DNA of 64,000 bases from an uncultured Candidatus Nemicrothrix sp. (GCA_964564495.1 CAZMAW010000002.1:75364-139363), one strand, 5' to 3'. Counted from the first letter of the stretch, positions 38,131 to 48,435 are shown. Numbers and translations are program-made. Notes: generated from the sequence alone by a model not told the origin.

Positions 38131-38976
38131 TTAATTTAGTAAAAGCAAAGACGCTGCACCCGCAGCTGGCATTCCAATCGTTACTCCTTTAGTAGCTGCA
38201 TGGCTATTCACAGCAGAAATCACTCCATCGTGGTAATGGGATAACCCACTGCCCATTCTCGCATACCGTGCATCTATCGTCGCGCCAGGGAGGCCTTCTT
38301 CTTCAACAATATAAAGCCCTGCCATTCCTGAGTCGTCCATTCCCTTACCGCCATCTGAGCAGATGAATCCCCGTGGCCTACATCGGAGAAGGTATGGAAC
38401 GGCAGAACGACCGGTATGGCCAGCAGTAACAAGCACATTTCTCCCAGTGTCCTCGTCGGTGCCAAACGCAATGGAGTCCGTAGCAATAACGTACCTGCCA
38501 TCTGGTGAGGTTTCCATAATGGTCCGATTTGTTATCTCAGAGGCACTTGCCGCTTCCGGATCATTTTCCAAAAGCACGGGTGCAGCATCTTTAACACTCA
38601 TACCAACCGTTACTCCGCAATCAAGGGCTAGCTGATTCATGAAGCTAATTACACCATTCTCATATAGGTGCACCCCATTCCCCAAATGTGCGGTCATTAC
38701 ATCGGCGACAGCTGCGGGGATTGAAAGGGCTTCCAAATACCAGAGGCCAGCAATAGCTGAACCTTCTGGACCTATACCGCAATCCATCCCGATCGCTCCA
38801 CGTGGCGCGTGTTCTGCAATAAATCTGGCAGGTAGGACGCCACAATACGACGAGTTGACACACACATCTTTCCCTGTGTTGCGTTCGTCAACGTCGTATG
38901 CCGAGTCCATAGCCATAACTGACCCTCTACCTGACTTTGATTCAAAAACTTTCGTTTGCGTATCAATCGAAGACAT
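38131..38976 (-). CDS. uncharacterised two-domain repeat protein; paralogue of 22789
   Basis: MDSA, GVLPAR, AGLWYLEAL, NVLVTAGHTGRS and GFICSDGG shared with 22789. Confidence 0.8.
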   Translation of the reverse strand: MSSIDTQTKVFESKSGRGSVMAMDSAYDVDERNTGKDVCVNSSYCGVLPARFIAEHAPRGAIGMDCGIGPEGSAIAGLWYLEALSIPAAVADVMTAHLGNGVHLYENGVISFMNQLALDCGVTVGMSVKDAAPVLLENDPEAASASEITNRTIMETSPDGRYVIATDSIAFGTDEDTGRNVLVTAGHTGRSAVPYLLRCRPRGFICSDGGKGMDDSGMAGLYIVEEEGLPGATIDARYARMGSGLSHYHDGVISAVNSHAATKGVTIGMPAAGAASLLLLN

Positions 38977-40637
38977 TATTGCCTCTTCTTTCTGGCCTGC
39001 GGGCCACGATCACTAGTTTCCGGGCCTACTCCCATTTCCCTCAATTCAATTTTCCGAACTTTCTCGGAGGGAGTCTTTGGCAATTCTGGAAGAACTTGAA
39101 TATATCTGGGTATTGCAAAGTCAGGTAGTTGCTTTACCGAGTAGTCCCAAATCTCTTGGGGAATCACTTCCTTCCCTTCTTCTGGTACGACAAAGATCAT
39201 TACTTCGTCTTCTCCAGCTTCCTGGTCTGCAGGAACCCCGACAGCAGCGATTTCTTCTATTGATGGGTGGGAGACTAAAGCCTGCTCGACTTCGTACGAG
39301 CTAATATTTTCTCCACGCCTACGAAGAGCATCCTTTAAACGATCGACAAAATAGTACCATCCGTCCTCATCACGCTTTAGCCCATCGCCAGTGTGGAACC
39401 AAAGATTTCTAAAAGCCTCTGCTGTTTTATCGGCCATATCGTAGTAGCCCTGGCAGGAAGTCCAAGGGAAAACAGCTCGTACAATAAGTTCGCCAACGTC
39501 ACCTACTTCAACCTCTTCGTCCGTCTCGGAATCGACGAGTCGTATGTCAAACCAGTCCCTGTTTAAAAGCCCAGCTGCTCCGGCGGGACGTTCAACGCCA
39601 TATGGGGTCAAAATTGGCATACAAGTTTCCGTCAAACCAAAAACTTCAACAAATGCTTCTATCCCAAAGCGTTCTTTGTATTCTTCAAGTATCGAGCTTG
39701 CAGTAGGGGCTGCGAAAACACAGCGCAATTTGTTATCAGTATCATCGGGCTTACGATCTTGTTGCCATACAAAATCCATCATTACCCCAATAAAATTTGT
39801 AACAGTTGCTTCCGACGCACGAATTTGGTTTATCCATTCCGAAGCACTAAATCGTTCCTGCAATACATATCGAGAACCGGCTATGAGAGCGGGATATGCT
39901 GCGAGAAACTGCGAATTTCCATGAAATAACGGCCCACAAGACATGTATGTATCTTCTTCGGTGAGTCGTGTTAAAGATACGGTCTCATCAGCAAATAGGT
40001 ACATGTGGGCATGTGGCATCATGACGCCCTTTGAGAGCCCAGTGGTGCCCGAAGTGAAAAATATCGAACCCAAATCAGAATATTTCACCGTAGGCAATTC
40101 CAATTTGTCGGATTCAAACAATTCTTTCCAATTAGATGCTGTTTTTCCCCTTGCATTAAGATCGGTAATAGCTTGTTTAACTTGTTCGTCTTCGCCAACT
40201 AAATAGAAATGCTTCACGGTCTCGAAAGCCTCTTGAACATCAAGAATGCGTTCTACGTAGTCAGGCGATATGACAGCAATTGATGGGGTAGTCGTAGATA
40301 CTTGGTGTGCGAGAAAGGCACCCCGATATGCGGTATTGATTGGGACCTCAACAAGGCCAGCTACTGAACTACCTAGCCATGCAAATATATATGCGGAGCA
40401 ATTAGGGATCATTATGAGGACACGATCTCCGCAACTTGCTCCGGCATGTAACATCCCAGACCCGACGCGCTCAGCTATATTTAGAGTCTCAGAGTACGTG
40501 TAGGTTTCACCCGCCCAAGGAACATCCAGGTAAATTTTCTCTGGGTGACGTCGCGCACGCTCTCGTAATACTGTCGGGGAATTCCAATCGGAACGCGACA
40601 GGAACGTGGGATAATACTCTTCGTAGTATCTAGTCAT
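38976..40637 (-). CDS. acyl-CoA ligase (CaiC/crotonobetaine-carnitine-like subfamily)
   Basis: FTSGTTGLSKG, FGLTE, HTGD, DRLKDALRRRGENISS. Confidence 0.9.
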   Translation of the reverse strand: MTRYYEEYYPTFLSRSDWNSPTVLRERARRHPEKIYLDVPWAGETYTYSETLNIAERVGSGMLHAGASCGDRVLIMIPNCSAYIFAWLGSSVAGLVEVPINTAYRGAFLAHQVSTTTPSIAVISPDYVERILDVQEAFETVKHFYLVGEDEQVKQAITDLNARGKTASNWKELFESDKLELPTVKYSDLGSIFFTSGTTGLSKGVMMPHAHMYLFADETVSLTRLTEEDTYMSCGPLFHGNSQFLAAYPALIAGSRYVLQERFSASEWINQIRASEATVTNFIGVMMDFVWQQDRKPDDTDNKLRCVFAAPTASSILEEYKERFGIEAFVEVFGLTETCMPILTPYGVERPAGAAGLLNRDWFDIRLVDSETDEEVEVGDVGELIVRAVFPWTSCQGYYDMADKTAEAFRNLWFHTGDGLKRDEDGWYYFVDRLKDALRRRGENISSYEVEQALVSHPSIEEIAAVGVPADQEAGEDEVMIFVVPEEGKEVIPQEIWDYSVKQLPDFAIPRYIQVLPELPKTPSEKVRKIELREMGVGPETSDRGPQARKKRQ

Positions 40638-40648
40638 TAATGCCTAGC

Positions 40649-41419
40649 CTAAATTGTGCCGCGAGGTGGAAATTGCGGCTTTCGTTTTTCCATAAATGCA
40701 TTTGCTCCTTCGAGCATGTCAGGTGAACCAATAGCTTGGATAAGCGCACCGAGACTGTTCACCATATTGTCTCTCATTTGGTGGTACATAACGTTTGAGC
40801 TAGCTTTCGCCACTTCCAAATACCTAGCGCTCATTTTAATTATCTCTTCGCACCAGATCTCGACTTCTGCATGTAATTGATCGTCCGGAACTACTTTGTT
40901 GATCCATCCGAGTTCGAAAGCCTCCTGTGCTGAGTATTTACGACACAAGAAAGAAACCTCTTTGGCACGTTTTTCTCCAATGGTCATTGCCAAAAGATTC
41001 GTGCCTCCTAAAACAGGAGCACTGCCTACCTTGACGCCTGTTTGTCCGAGTTGTGCGCTTTCCGCTGCGATTGCCAAATCACACATTACGACGAGCTCGT
41101 TCCCACCTCCAAATGCACCACCGTTCACTGCGGCAATGATAGGGAAAGGGGCACCGCGGAGAGCATCAAATAACTCTAGACTTCCGGTAAACATTGCACG
41201 CACATTCCAAAAATCGGCTTCGGCGAGGTTGCCTAAATATCCGCCCGCGCAGAATGCTCGCCCCTCTCCCGTTATTACGCCAACCCGTGCATCCATATTT
41301 TCTCGAAGGGCTTGGATGATTTCGTCAACTGTCTGACGGCCATAGGAATTAAGTCGTTCAGGCCGGTTCAGCGTTATCCAAAGAACGTCACCTCGTCTAT
41401 CCACTAAAATATCTTCCAT
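40649..41419 (-). CDS. crotonase-fold enzyme, MenB/BadI-like (possible beta-ketoacyl-CoA ring hydrolase)
   Basis: AFCAGG, GGGNEL, GQTGVKVGS, AFMEKRKP; GGAGG SD before ATG 41419. Confidence 0.8.
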   Translation of the reverse strand: MEDILVDRRGDVLWITLNRPERLNSYGRQTVDEIIQALRENMDARVGVITGEGRAFCAGGYLGNLAEADFWNVRAMFTGSLELFDALRGAPFPIIAAVNGGAFGGGNELVVMCDLAIAAESAQLGQTGVKVGSAPVLGGTNLLAMTIGEKRAKEVSFLCRKYSAQEAFELGWINKVVPDDQLHAEVEIWCEEIIKMSARYLEVAKASSNVMYHQMRDNMVNSLGALIQAIGSPDMLEGANAFMEKRKPQFPPRGTI

Positions 41420-41617
41420 TGATACCTCCAAGAATAATTGATCCGAGTCAGAGATAATGTAGTTCAGATACTTCAATTTTGTAAAACATGGCTCTGTTAT
41501 AAGAATTGACTGATTGTGGTGACCCTTTAAAATGAGGATGGACTTTGGAAATTTCGAGATCTTAAAATACCTAAGGAAACAGAAAATGAAAAATGTAATT
41601 GCAGAAGGTGGACGAAT

Positions 41618-42319
41618 ATGAAGATCCTAGTCACTGGGGGAGCACAAGGGATTGGGCGTGCGGTATGCGAAAAGTTAGACAGTGAAGGGCATCACGTAAT
41701 CTCGGCAGACCGACAAGAACAAAATGGTGGTATCTATCTTGATGTGACAAGCGAAAAGTCATGGGAAGATGTTCTTGATTCAACAGGCCCAATAGATGGA
41801 CTTGTCAATTGTGCTGGTATCAGAACGAGAAATCTCATAGTCGATACTAGTTATGAAGAGTTTCAGAGACATTTAGATGTCAATATAACTGGGACATGGT
41901 TGGGTATCCGAGGTGTCTTCCGACGTCGAGCAAATGATTCAACATCGCCGGATAGCTCAGTAGCGTCGATCGTTAATATTGCATCAGTCAATGTTGTCAT
42001 CGCTGTCCCTGGTCAAGCTCATTACGTCGCTTCGAAAGGAGCAATCGTTGGATTGACAAAGGCAGCTGCAATAGAAGGATCGGCTATCGGTGTACGCGTC
42101 AATGCGATTGCACCTGGCGCAATTCGAACGCCAATGACGGAAGAGAGATTAGTAGATCCTGAACAAGTCGCTTGGCTGGAAGGACGTATTCCAGCTGGAA
42201 GAGTAGGAGAACCAGACGAGATCGCGTCAGTTGCAAGTTTTTTACTTTCGGATGGTGCATCATATATAACTGGAACTACTGTTTTTGCTGATGGAGGATG
42301 GACTGCGAATGGAGTATGA
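41618..42319 (+). CDS. SDR
   Basis: TGGAQGIG, NCAG, YVASK. Confidence 0.92.
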   Translation: MKILVTGGAQGIGRAVCEKLDSEGHHVISADRQEQNGGIYLDVTSEKSWEDVLDSTGPIDGLVNCAGIRTRNLIVDTSYEEFQRHLDVNITGTWLGIRGVFRRRANDSTSPDSSVASIVNIASVNVVIAVPGQAHYVASKGAIVGLTKAAAIEGSAIGVRVNAIAPGAIRTPMTEERLVDPEQVAWLEGRIPAGRVGEPDEIASVASFLLSDGASYITGTTVFADGGWTANGV

Positions 42320-42322
42320 CTT

Positions 42323-42820
42323 ATGTTTCCTTTAAAAAATTTCTACCATTATGGAATAGTTGCGAGTGATTTCGATAAGACTGTCGAAGAGCTAACTGAA
42401 AACCTTGGGCTTGAATGGGCGTCAGTCACTGAATTTGAAATGGTATGTGAACAGCCGAATGGTGTAGTGACAGCAGATATGAAAGTGGTGTATTCGACGA
42501 CCGGACCACCCCATTTTGAAGTCATCCGCGTTGCTCCAGGGACTGTTTGGGGGGAAGCTGATCTTGGGGTTCACCACTTGGGATACTGGACAGAGAATCT
42601 CCAAGAAGACCATCAACAGTTAACCGACGCTGGATATGTATGGGAGGCTACCTATCATAATCCAGAAACTGAAGGACCATATGGCTTTACGTATCATACG
42701 TTGTCGAATACACGTCTTCGACTTGAACTTGTAGATATAGCCCGAAAACCAGCGTTTGACATTTGGATGGCGGGGGGAGATTTCCCGACAGCCATGGAAC
42801 CTGGAGGAATGCAAGATTGA
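42323..42820 (+). CDS. VOC/glyoxalase family protein
   Basis: YHYGIV, HFEVI, VHHLGY, RLELV. Confidence 0.85.
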   Translation: MFPLKNFYHYGIVASDFDKTVEELTENLGLEWASVTEFEMVCEQPNGVVTADMKVVYSTTGPPHFEVIRVAPGTVWGEADLGVHHLGYWTENLQEDHQQLTDAGYVWEATYHNPETEGPYGFTYHTLSNTRLRLELVDIARKPAFDIWMAGGDFPTAMEPGGMQD

Positions 42821-44223
42821 GTAATGAAGCTGATTTAGTTGTTGTCGGTGGCGGCCCAGGAGGGATGGCGACCGCTCTCGAAGCAGCGAACCATGGGGCT
42901 TCAGTTATTTTGCTGGAAGCTGATACACAGATTGGTGGCAACGCTGCGCGTTCCACAGGCTACTTGGCCTTCCAAAATTTTGACATGCAAACTGAAGAGG
43001 GAATAAGTGACAATGCAGAAATATTTGTTGAAGATATGTTTGCCGAGATCGCCAGGCAAAATGATAAATACGGGATTTCATTCGACGAAGATTTAGCTTG
43101 GCTCTTTTCAGAAGAATCATCTGATACATACGTATGGCTCTGTGATTTGGGGTTCGAATTTAACCGTTTTCTACCTCGTCCGAAACAACACTCAGTTAAC
43201 AGAATGGTCGATGTTAAAGATACAACAATGTTTACATCACTTTTCGAGGAAGCTCTTGAAACCGCTGGAGTCAAAGTTATTACCGAGACTCGAGTTCGTC
43301 GACTCTTGACCCTTAATGAATCCGTTGTTGGTGCCGCAACTGATACGGCTAGCTACAGGGCAAAAAAAGCAGTCGTACTCGCCACTGGGGGCTATCAAGC
43401 CAATCCTCAGATCAGAATCAAATATCAACCCGAAGTTATGGCGTCGACACCCTATTTAGGAACGGAGCATGATGTCGGAGACGGTCACCTTATGGGCCAA
43501 GAAGTGGGTGGAGATTTGATCAATATGACAATGATCCCTCCCCTGATAATGGTGGGTTCAGCGTTAGTAGAGGAATCAATCGCGGTGAATCTAGAAGGAG
43601 AACGATTTCATGATGAAGCTGGGCCTTATGATTACCGCGTGGAACAGCTCGCCATGCAGCCCAACCGTTTAGCTTGGTACATTTTTGACGACAGGACGCT
43701 TCGAAGTAAAAAACAACTGATTGATGAAATGCCAGAAAACCCAATTTCTGATCTAAGTTTGGAAGGGCTCGCTAAGAAACTGGGATGCGACTCTCAGGGT
43801 CTAAACAGATGTGTTGAAGAATGGAATTCACTAGTTGCATCTACAGAAACAAAAGATCCAAAATTTGGGAGAGTAATATTTCCCGATCCGAGAATTGGGA
43901 TCGTAGAAGCGCCATTCCATGCGAGCAGGATGGTTGTTGGGATTAACTTTCCCGCAGGTGGTTTCAGAGTCTCGAACTCTATGCAAGTTCTCAATGTGTA
44001 TGGAGAACCTATCTCTAATCTGTTTGCAGTAGGTGATTGTGCTGGCGGTCTGGGTCCCGTGATCGGGATGGGAGGAATGAGGATAACTCCAGCTTTAAGT
44101 TTAGGTCGTATAGCTGGACGTAGAATTGCTACCGGTACAAGTTCGGAAGCCACTGAGCAAGATAGAGACTTGAAGATTCCGGAAAATCAAATGAAGATAC
44201 CAGTTGTTGATGAGCCAGAGTGA
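42817..44223 (+). CDS. FAD-dependent oxidoreductase, fumarate-reductase/3-ketosteroid dehydrogenase flavoprotein family
   Basis: VVVGGGPGG, GGNAARS, LATGG, AVNLEGERF, LFAVGD; TTG 42817 overlaps the VOC stop. Confidence 0.85.
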   Translation: MSNEADLVVVGGGPGGMATALEAANHGASVILLEADTQIGGNAARSTGYLAFQNFDMQTEEGISDNAEIFVEDMFAEIARQNDKYGISFDEDLAWLFSEESSDTYVWLCDLGFEFNRFLPRPKQHSVNRMVDVKDTTMFTSLFEEALETAGVKVITETRVRRLLTLNESVVGAATDTASYRAKKAVVLATGGYQANPQIRIKYQPEVMASTPYLGTEHDVGDGHLMGQEVGGDLINMTMIPPLIMVGSALVEESIAVNLEGERFHDEAGPYDYRVEQLAMQPNRLAWYIFDDRTLRSKKQLIDEMPENPISDLSLEGLAKKLGCDSQGLNRCVEEWNSLVASTETKDPKFGRVIFPDPRIGIVEAPFHASRMVVGINFPAGGFRVSNSMQVLNVYGEPISNLFAVGDCAGGLGPVIGMGGMRITPALSLGRIAGRRIATGTSSEATEQDRDLKIPENQMKIPVVDEPE

Positions 44224-45851
44224 TGAAGCCAATCACCTCAAAACTTCTTTCTTCTATCGAGAGTCATCCTGAACGCCCGATCCTTATATTCCCTGATGAG
44301 TGCGTTTCCTACGAAGAGTTGTACTCTGGTGCTCTGAAAATAGCGAAATCTTTGCACTCGATGGATGTACAGCGCGGAGATCATGTAGGAATTCTCATGG
44401 CTAATTCGATTGAGTATGTTGAGATTCTATTTGGTGCTGCTTTCTTGGGCGCAATTCCGGTTCTCTATAATGGTCGGTTTAAAGCTCGTGAAATCTCCCA
44501 TGTGACAAGCGATGCTGACATTAAAGTAATCATCACAAGTGACCAGATTGATGAACACGTCGACTACGGGGAATTACTACATAGTGCTTTACCGGGCCTT
44601 GTTGATCAGAGATATGGAAAAACCGATTTTCACATAAACGATGCACCTAGTCTTCATGGGGCGGTAATGTTCGGAGGAAAACAACTTGAGGGATTTATAG
44701 ATCAAAACACATTTAAAGAGATGGGAGAAGATGTATCCGACGAGAAAGTTACTAAACATCTTCAGGGGATTCGTAGTGAAGATCCAGCAGTTATGTTCTA
44801 TACATCCGGCACAACTGCGATGCCGAAAGGTTGCTATCTGGACCACATTGTTTTACAGCACGCTGGAGTTGTAGGAGGTGTGGAAAATCTTGGATTAAGA
44901 GATAGTGATAAAGTTTTTGCACCTCTACCAATGTTTCATACTGCTTTTTCGCAACCATTTTCCGGTATTTTGCATGTTGGCGGAACACTGATTTCTATGA
45001 AACGCTTCGAAGCAAAGGCAGCTTTGGATTTGATTCACAAAGAAGCACCAACCGCAATGTTTCCAGCATTTGCGATGATCACAAATGAAATCTTGGCACT
45101 ACCTGAATATACGAGTAAGTCATTCCAAAGTGTTCGAACAATCGTCAATGTTGGGCCTCCCGACGTATTGATGCAACTCCAGAACAGAATGCCATATACA
45201 AAGCAAATTACGGTATTTGGTATGACAGAAACAGGAGGTTCTGTATGTATGGGAAATAGAAAACTTTCTGACCTAGAGCGGACGCAAACGAGCGGTCAAG
45301 CTCTCATCGGTAATGAGATTGAGATAAGGGATCCAGATACAAACGAAAAGCTTCCACCGAATACTCCCGGAGAGATTGTCGCGAGAGGTATCGGTGTATT
45401 TTCTGGCTATCACAATGCTCCAGGAAAAAATTCAGAGGTATTTGATACCGAAGGCTGGTTCCATACTGGGGATCTGGGTGAAATCACGAAAAACGGAGAA
45501 GTGGTTTTCTCCGGAAGATTAAAGGATATGTTAAAAGTAGGTGGAGAAAATGTTGCATCAGTAGAAGTTGAGGGCTATTTATCAACTCATGATGGAGTTA
45601 AGTTAGCTGCAATCGTAGGACTCCCCGATGAAAAATATGGGGAAGTGCCCGTAGCATATATCGAGAGAGAAGAGGGGAGTGACGTTAGCGAAGAAGAGAT
45701 AATAGCTTACTGCAAAGGCCAGATTGCTTCATTTAAGATCCCTCGTCATGTTCGGTTTTTGACCGAATGGCCGATGGGCGCAACAAAAATACTAAAATAT
45801 GAACTTCGAGAAAAAATCGCAAACGAACTTCGGCCTATTCAGGAAAGCTAA
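44220..45851 (+). CDS. acyl-CoA synthetase; close paralogue of 20989 and 32685
   Basis: YTSGTTAMPKG, FGMTE, HTGD, RLKDMLKVGGEN. Confidence 0.93.
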   Translation: MMKPITSKLLSSIESHPERPILIFPDECVSYEELYSGALKIAKSLHSMDVQRGDHVGILMANSIEYVEILFGAAFLGAIPVLYNGRFKAREISHVTSDADIKVIITSDQIDEHVDYGELLHSALPGLVDQRYGKTDFHINDAPSLHGAVMFGGKQLEGFIDQNTFKEMGEDVSDEKVTKHLQGIRSEDPAVMFYTSGTTAMPKGCYLDHIVLQHAGVVGGVENLGLRDSDKVFAPLPMFHTAFSQPFSGILHVGGTLISMKRFEAKAALDLIHKEAPTAMFPAFAMITNEILALPEYTSKSFQSVRTIVNVGPPDVLMQLQNRMPYTKQITVFGMTETGGSVCMGNRKLSDLERTQTSGQALIGNEIEIRDPDTNEKLPPNTPGEIVARGIGVFSGYHNAPGKNSEVFDTEGWFHTGDLGEITKNGEVVFSGRLKDMLKVGGENVASVEVEGYLSTHDGVKLAAIVGLPDEKYGEVPVAYIEREEGSDVSEEEIIAYCKGQIASFKIPRHVRFLTEWPMGATKILKYELREKIANELRPIQES

Positions 45852-45857
45852 ATTAAG

Positions 45858-46577
45858 CTAGCCTAGATCGTCAGGTCGGGGAAGCAGAGTCATCAGCGCT
45901 TTAGATAACCCTCCGTCCACATAGAGGATATGGCCATTGATATATGCTGATTGCTCAGAAGTTAAGAAGTAAACAGCTTCAGCAATATCGTTAGGTGAAC
46001 CGAGCCGCTGAAGGGGGACAGCCTTCGCTCGCATTTCTCGCATAGCTTTTGTGTCATATACGTTATTTGTTCCTGGCGTCGGTATTAGTCCTGGACCTAC
46101 GCCATTACACCGAACTCCTCTAGGACCCCATTCGATCGCGACTTGCTCAGTTAAAGACACTAAAGCCGCTTTAGAAGGTCCATAACTACCTACCGCCGGG
46201 TTCGCCTGTTTTGCAGCGATTGACACAATATTAACTATGGAGCCTTTACCTTTCGTTAGCATGCCAGATCCAAAATGTTTTATGGTGTTGAACGCTCCTT
46301 TTAGATTGACATCCAGAACGTGAGCGAAGTCATCAACTGTCGTATTTTCGATCGGTCCGAATTTCCATATACCAGCACTATTTATTAGTACGTCAACTGG
46401 GCCAATTCTCGCCGCTGCATCAGCGACTGCCTCCTCGTCGCTAACATCGCATTGAATAGTATTTTTTGATCCGTCGATATCAAGGACTAACACTTCATAT
46501 GAAGCTTCAGCTAGTCTTTCTGAAATTGCTAAGCCAATACCGCGGGCTCCACCGGTAACAACTGCTCGTAATGACAT
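45858..46577 (-). CDS. SDR; paralogue of 6023
   Basis: TGGARGIG, NSAG, YGPSK; shared FGP and LM...PRP C-terminus. Confidence 0.92.
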   Translation of the reverse strand: MSLRAVVTGGARGIGLAISERLAEASYEVLVLDIDGSKNTIQCDVSDEEAVADAAARIGPVDVLINSAGIWKFGPIENTTVDDFAHVLDVNLKGAFNTIKHFGSGMLTKGKGSIVNIVSIAAKQANPAVGSYGPSKAALVSLTEQVAIEWGPRGVRCNGVGPGLIPTPGTNNVYDTKAMREMRAKAVPLQRLGSPNDIAEAVYFLTSEQSAYINGHILYVDGGLSKALMTLLPRPDDLG

Positions 46578-46603
46578 ATAGTAGATGTTAGGAGATAATT
46601 ACT

Positions 46604-47365
46604 ATGCGTGCGTTAGAGGGTATGTCAGTTTTAATTACCGGCGGTGGATCCGGAATTGGCGAGGGATGTGCAACACATTTTGCCAATAAGGGGGCGAGAG
46701 TCACTATTGCCGGCCGTCGGGAAGAGCCTCTTGCCAAAACAGTATCAACTATCGGCACTAATGCTCATTACGTTGTGGGTGACGTTACAAAAGCAGAAGA
46801 TCGAATCAGGATGGTTCAGGAGTCAGTGCAACATGGAGACGGCCTAGAGGTCCTTATCAGTAACGCTGGCAACATCTATAGGTGTGATGTTGAAGATTAT
46901 GAAGAGCAGCAACTCCTTGATCTCTTCCATTCGAACGTAGTGGGAGGAATGATGCTCCTTAAAGAATCGGTTGGCTACCTAAAAAAAAGTAAAGGTTGCG
47001 TCCTCTTTGTAGGCTCTGTTCATACACAAAGGGCTTTTCCCAACGCGTCACCGTATGCAGCGACAAAAGGCGCTCTTGAGTCTTTGACAGGCGTTCTCGC
47101 AGCAGAACTCGGCAAAGACGGAGTTCGCGTTGGCTGTGTTCGCCCCGGAGGTGTTCTTACAGAAATTAATGTTCGCGCCGGCCTTTCAACTGCGGAAGAG
47201 GCTAAGGAACGATTAGAAGGGATGGGCAACTTACATGCTCTTGGACGTATCGGAACGACAGAGGAAATAGCAGAGGCCTTTGAATACCTAGCATGCGCTG
47301 AATGGGCGACTGGGAATGTATTGACCGTCGATGGGGGACTTGGGCTGGGTGTGACTCAAGAGTAA
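46604..47365 (+). CDS. SDR
   Basis: TGGGSGIG, SNAG, YAATK. Confidence 0.92.
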   Translation: MRALEGMSVLITGGGSGIGEGCATHFANKGARVTIAGRREEPLAKTVSTIGTNAHYVVGDVTKAEDRIRMVQESVQHGDGLEVLISNAGNIYRCDVEDYEEQQLLDLFHSNVVGGMMLLKESVGYLKKSKGCVLFVGSVHTQRAFPNASPYAATKGALESLTGVLAAELGKDGVRVGCVRPGGVLTEINVRAGLSTAEEAKERLEGMGNLHALGRIGTTEEIAEAFEYLACAEWATGNVLTVDGGLGLGVTQE

Positions 47366-47433
47366 TCTCATAGACCATCTATTAAACGCCATCAGTATCG
47401 GTAAAAATGGTTCATGACTAGCAAAGGAATCAG

Positions 47434-48435
47434 ATGGAGTTAGATCGTCTGGAGTGGATATCACAACGAAATGAAGAGGCAATAGATCCAAGTATCCGTA
47501 TTGTTGATCCTCACCATCATTTATGGCATAGAGGAGGCAGCAGATATTTAGCTGAAGAGCTTCGAGAAGATACAACCCGTTCACACAATGTAACAAACAC
47601 GGTTTTCGTAGAATGTAAAGCCAACTATGACCGTGACCGACCTAAAGAACTTCAACCTGTGGGCGAAACAGTGTTTGTCGAAGGGGAGGCCCGACGCACC
47701 AAAGTGATGGGCGGACCTCAAATCTCTGGAATAGTAGGTTTCGCTGACCTTACTCTCGGCAAAGAAGTTGCTAAGGTTCTACGCGCGCACGAAGAAAGCG
47801 GTAAGGGGTTATTCCGGGGGGTACGGCATGCAACGGCTTGGAGCGATGATCCGGAGATTTCTATAAGTCATACGAAGCCGACAGAAATGATGATGAATAC
47901 GAATGAATTCCATGAGGGGCTGTCGACTCTCGGCCAATTGGGATACAGCTTTGATGCATGGATGTACTTCAATCAACTAGGTGAGCTTGTAAATCTTGCT
48001 AGAGAGTACCCAACCGTTCCTATAATCCTAAATCATCTTGGAGCCCCGCTTGCTATTGGAGGTTGGAAAAGTAGGAGGAAGGAAGTTGATGAATTCTGGC
48101 GAAAAAAACTTCGAGAGTTGTCGACGTGTGAAAATATCTTTTTGAAGATAGGCGGTATTGGCATGGACAACTACTTTGGGACTGGCTGGACAGATCTATC
48201 ATCTCCGCCATCTTCTGAGACTGTTGCAGAATATTGGAGAGATAGGATTCAATGGTGTATTGATCTTTTCTCTCCAAATCGTTGCATGTTTGAGTCGAAC
48301 TTTCCTGTGGACCGACAATCTCTTCCGTACTCTGTTCTCTGGAACGCATTTCAACGTATCGCAGAGATTTATAACAATTCTGAACAAGAGTCACTCTTCT
48401 CCCAAACTGCATGTGATGTGTATAAGATCACTTAA
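47434..48435 (+). CDS. amidohydrolase-2 family protein (lactonase-like)
   Basis: DPHHHLW, GVRH, LNHLG, MFESNFPVD. Confidence 0.88.
   Translation: MELDRLEWISQRNEEAIDPSIRIVDPHHHLWHRGGSRYLAEELREDTTRSHNVTNTVFVECKANYDRDRPKELQPVGETVFVEGEARRTKVMGGPQISGIVGFADLTLGKEVAKVLRAHEESGKGLFRGVRHATAWSDDPEISISHTKPTEMMMNTNEFHEGLSTLGQLGYSFDAWMYFNQLGELVNLAREYPTVPIILNHLGAPLAIGGWKSRRKEVDEFWRKKLRELSTCENIFLKIGGIGMDNYFGTGWTDLSSPPSSETVAEYWRDRIQWCIDLFSPNRCMFESNFPVDRQSLPYSVLWNAFQRIAEIYNNSEQESLFSQTACDVYKIT

Noticed and set aside
40649-41419. menB (naphthoate synthase)
   Set aside because: No menaquinone genes nearby; the context is catabolic and similarity is only at subfamily-motif level
20989-45851. NRPS/PKS biosynthetic cluster suggested by six adenylating enzymes
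   Set aside because: All are stand-alone ligase-length proteins; no carrier, condensation or ketosynthase domains are seen
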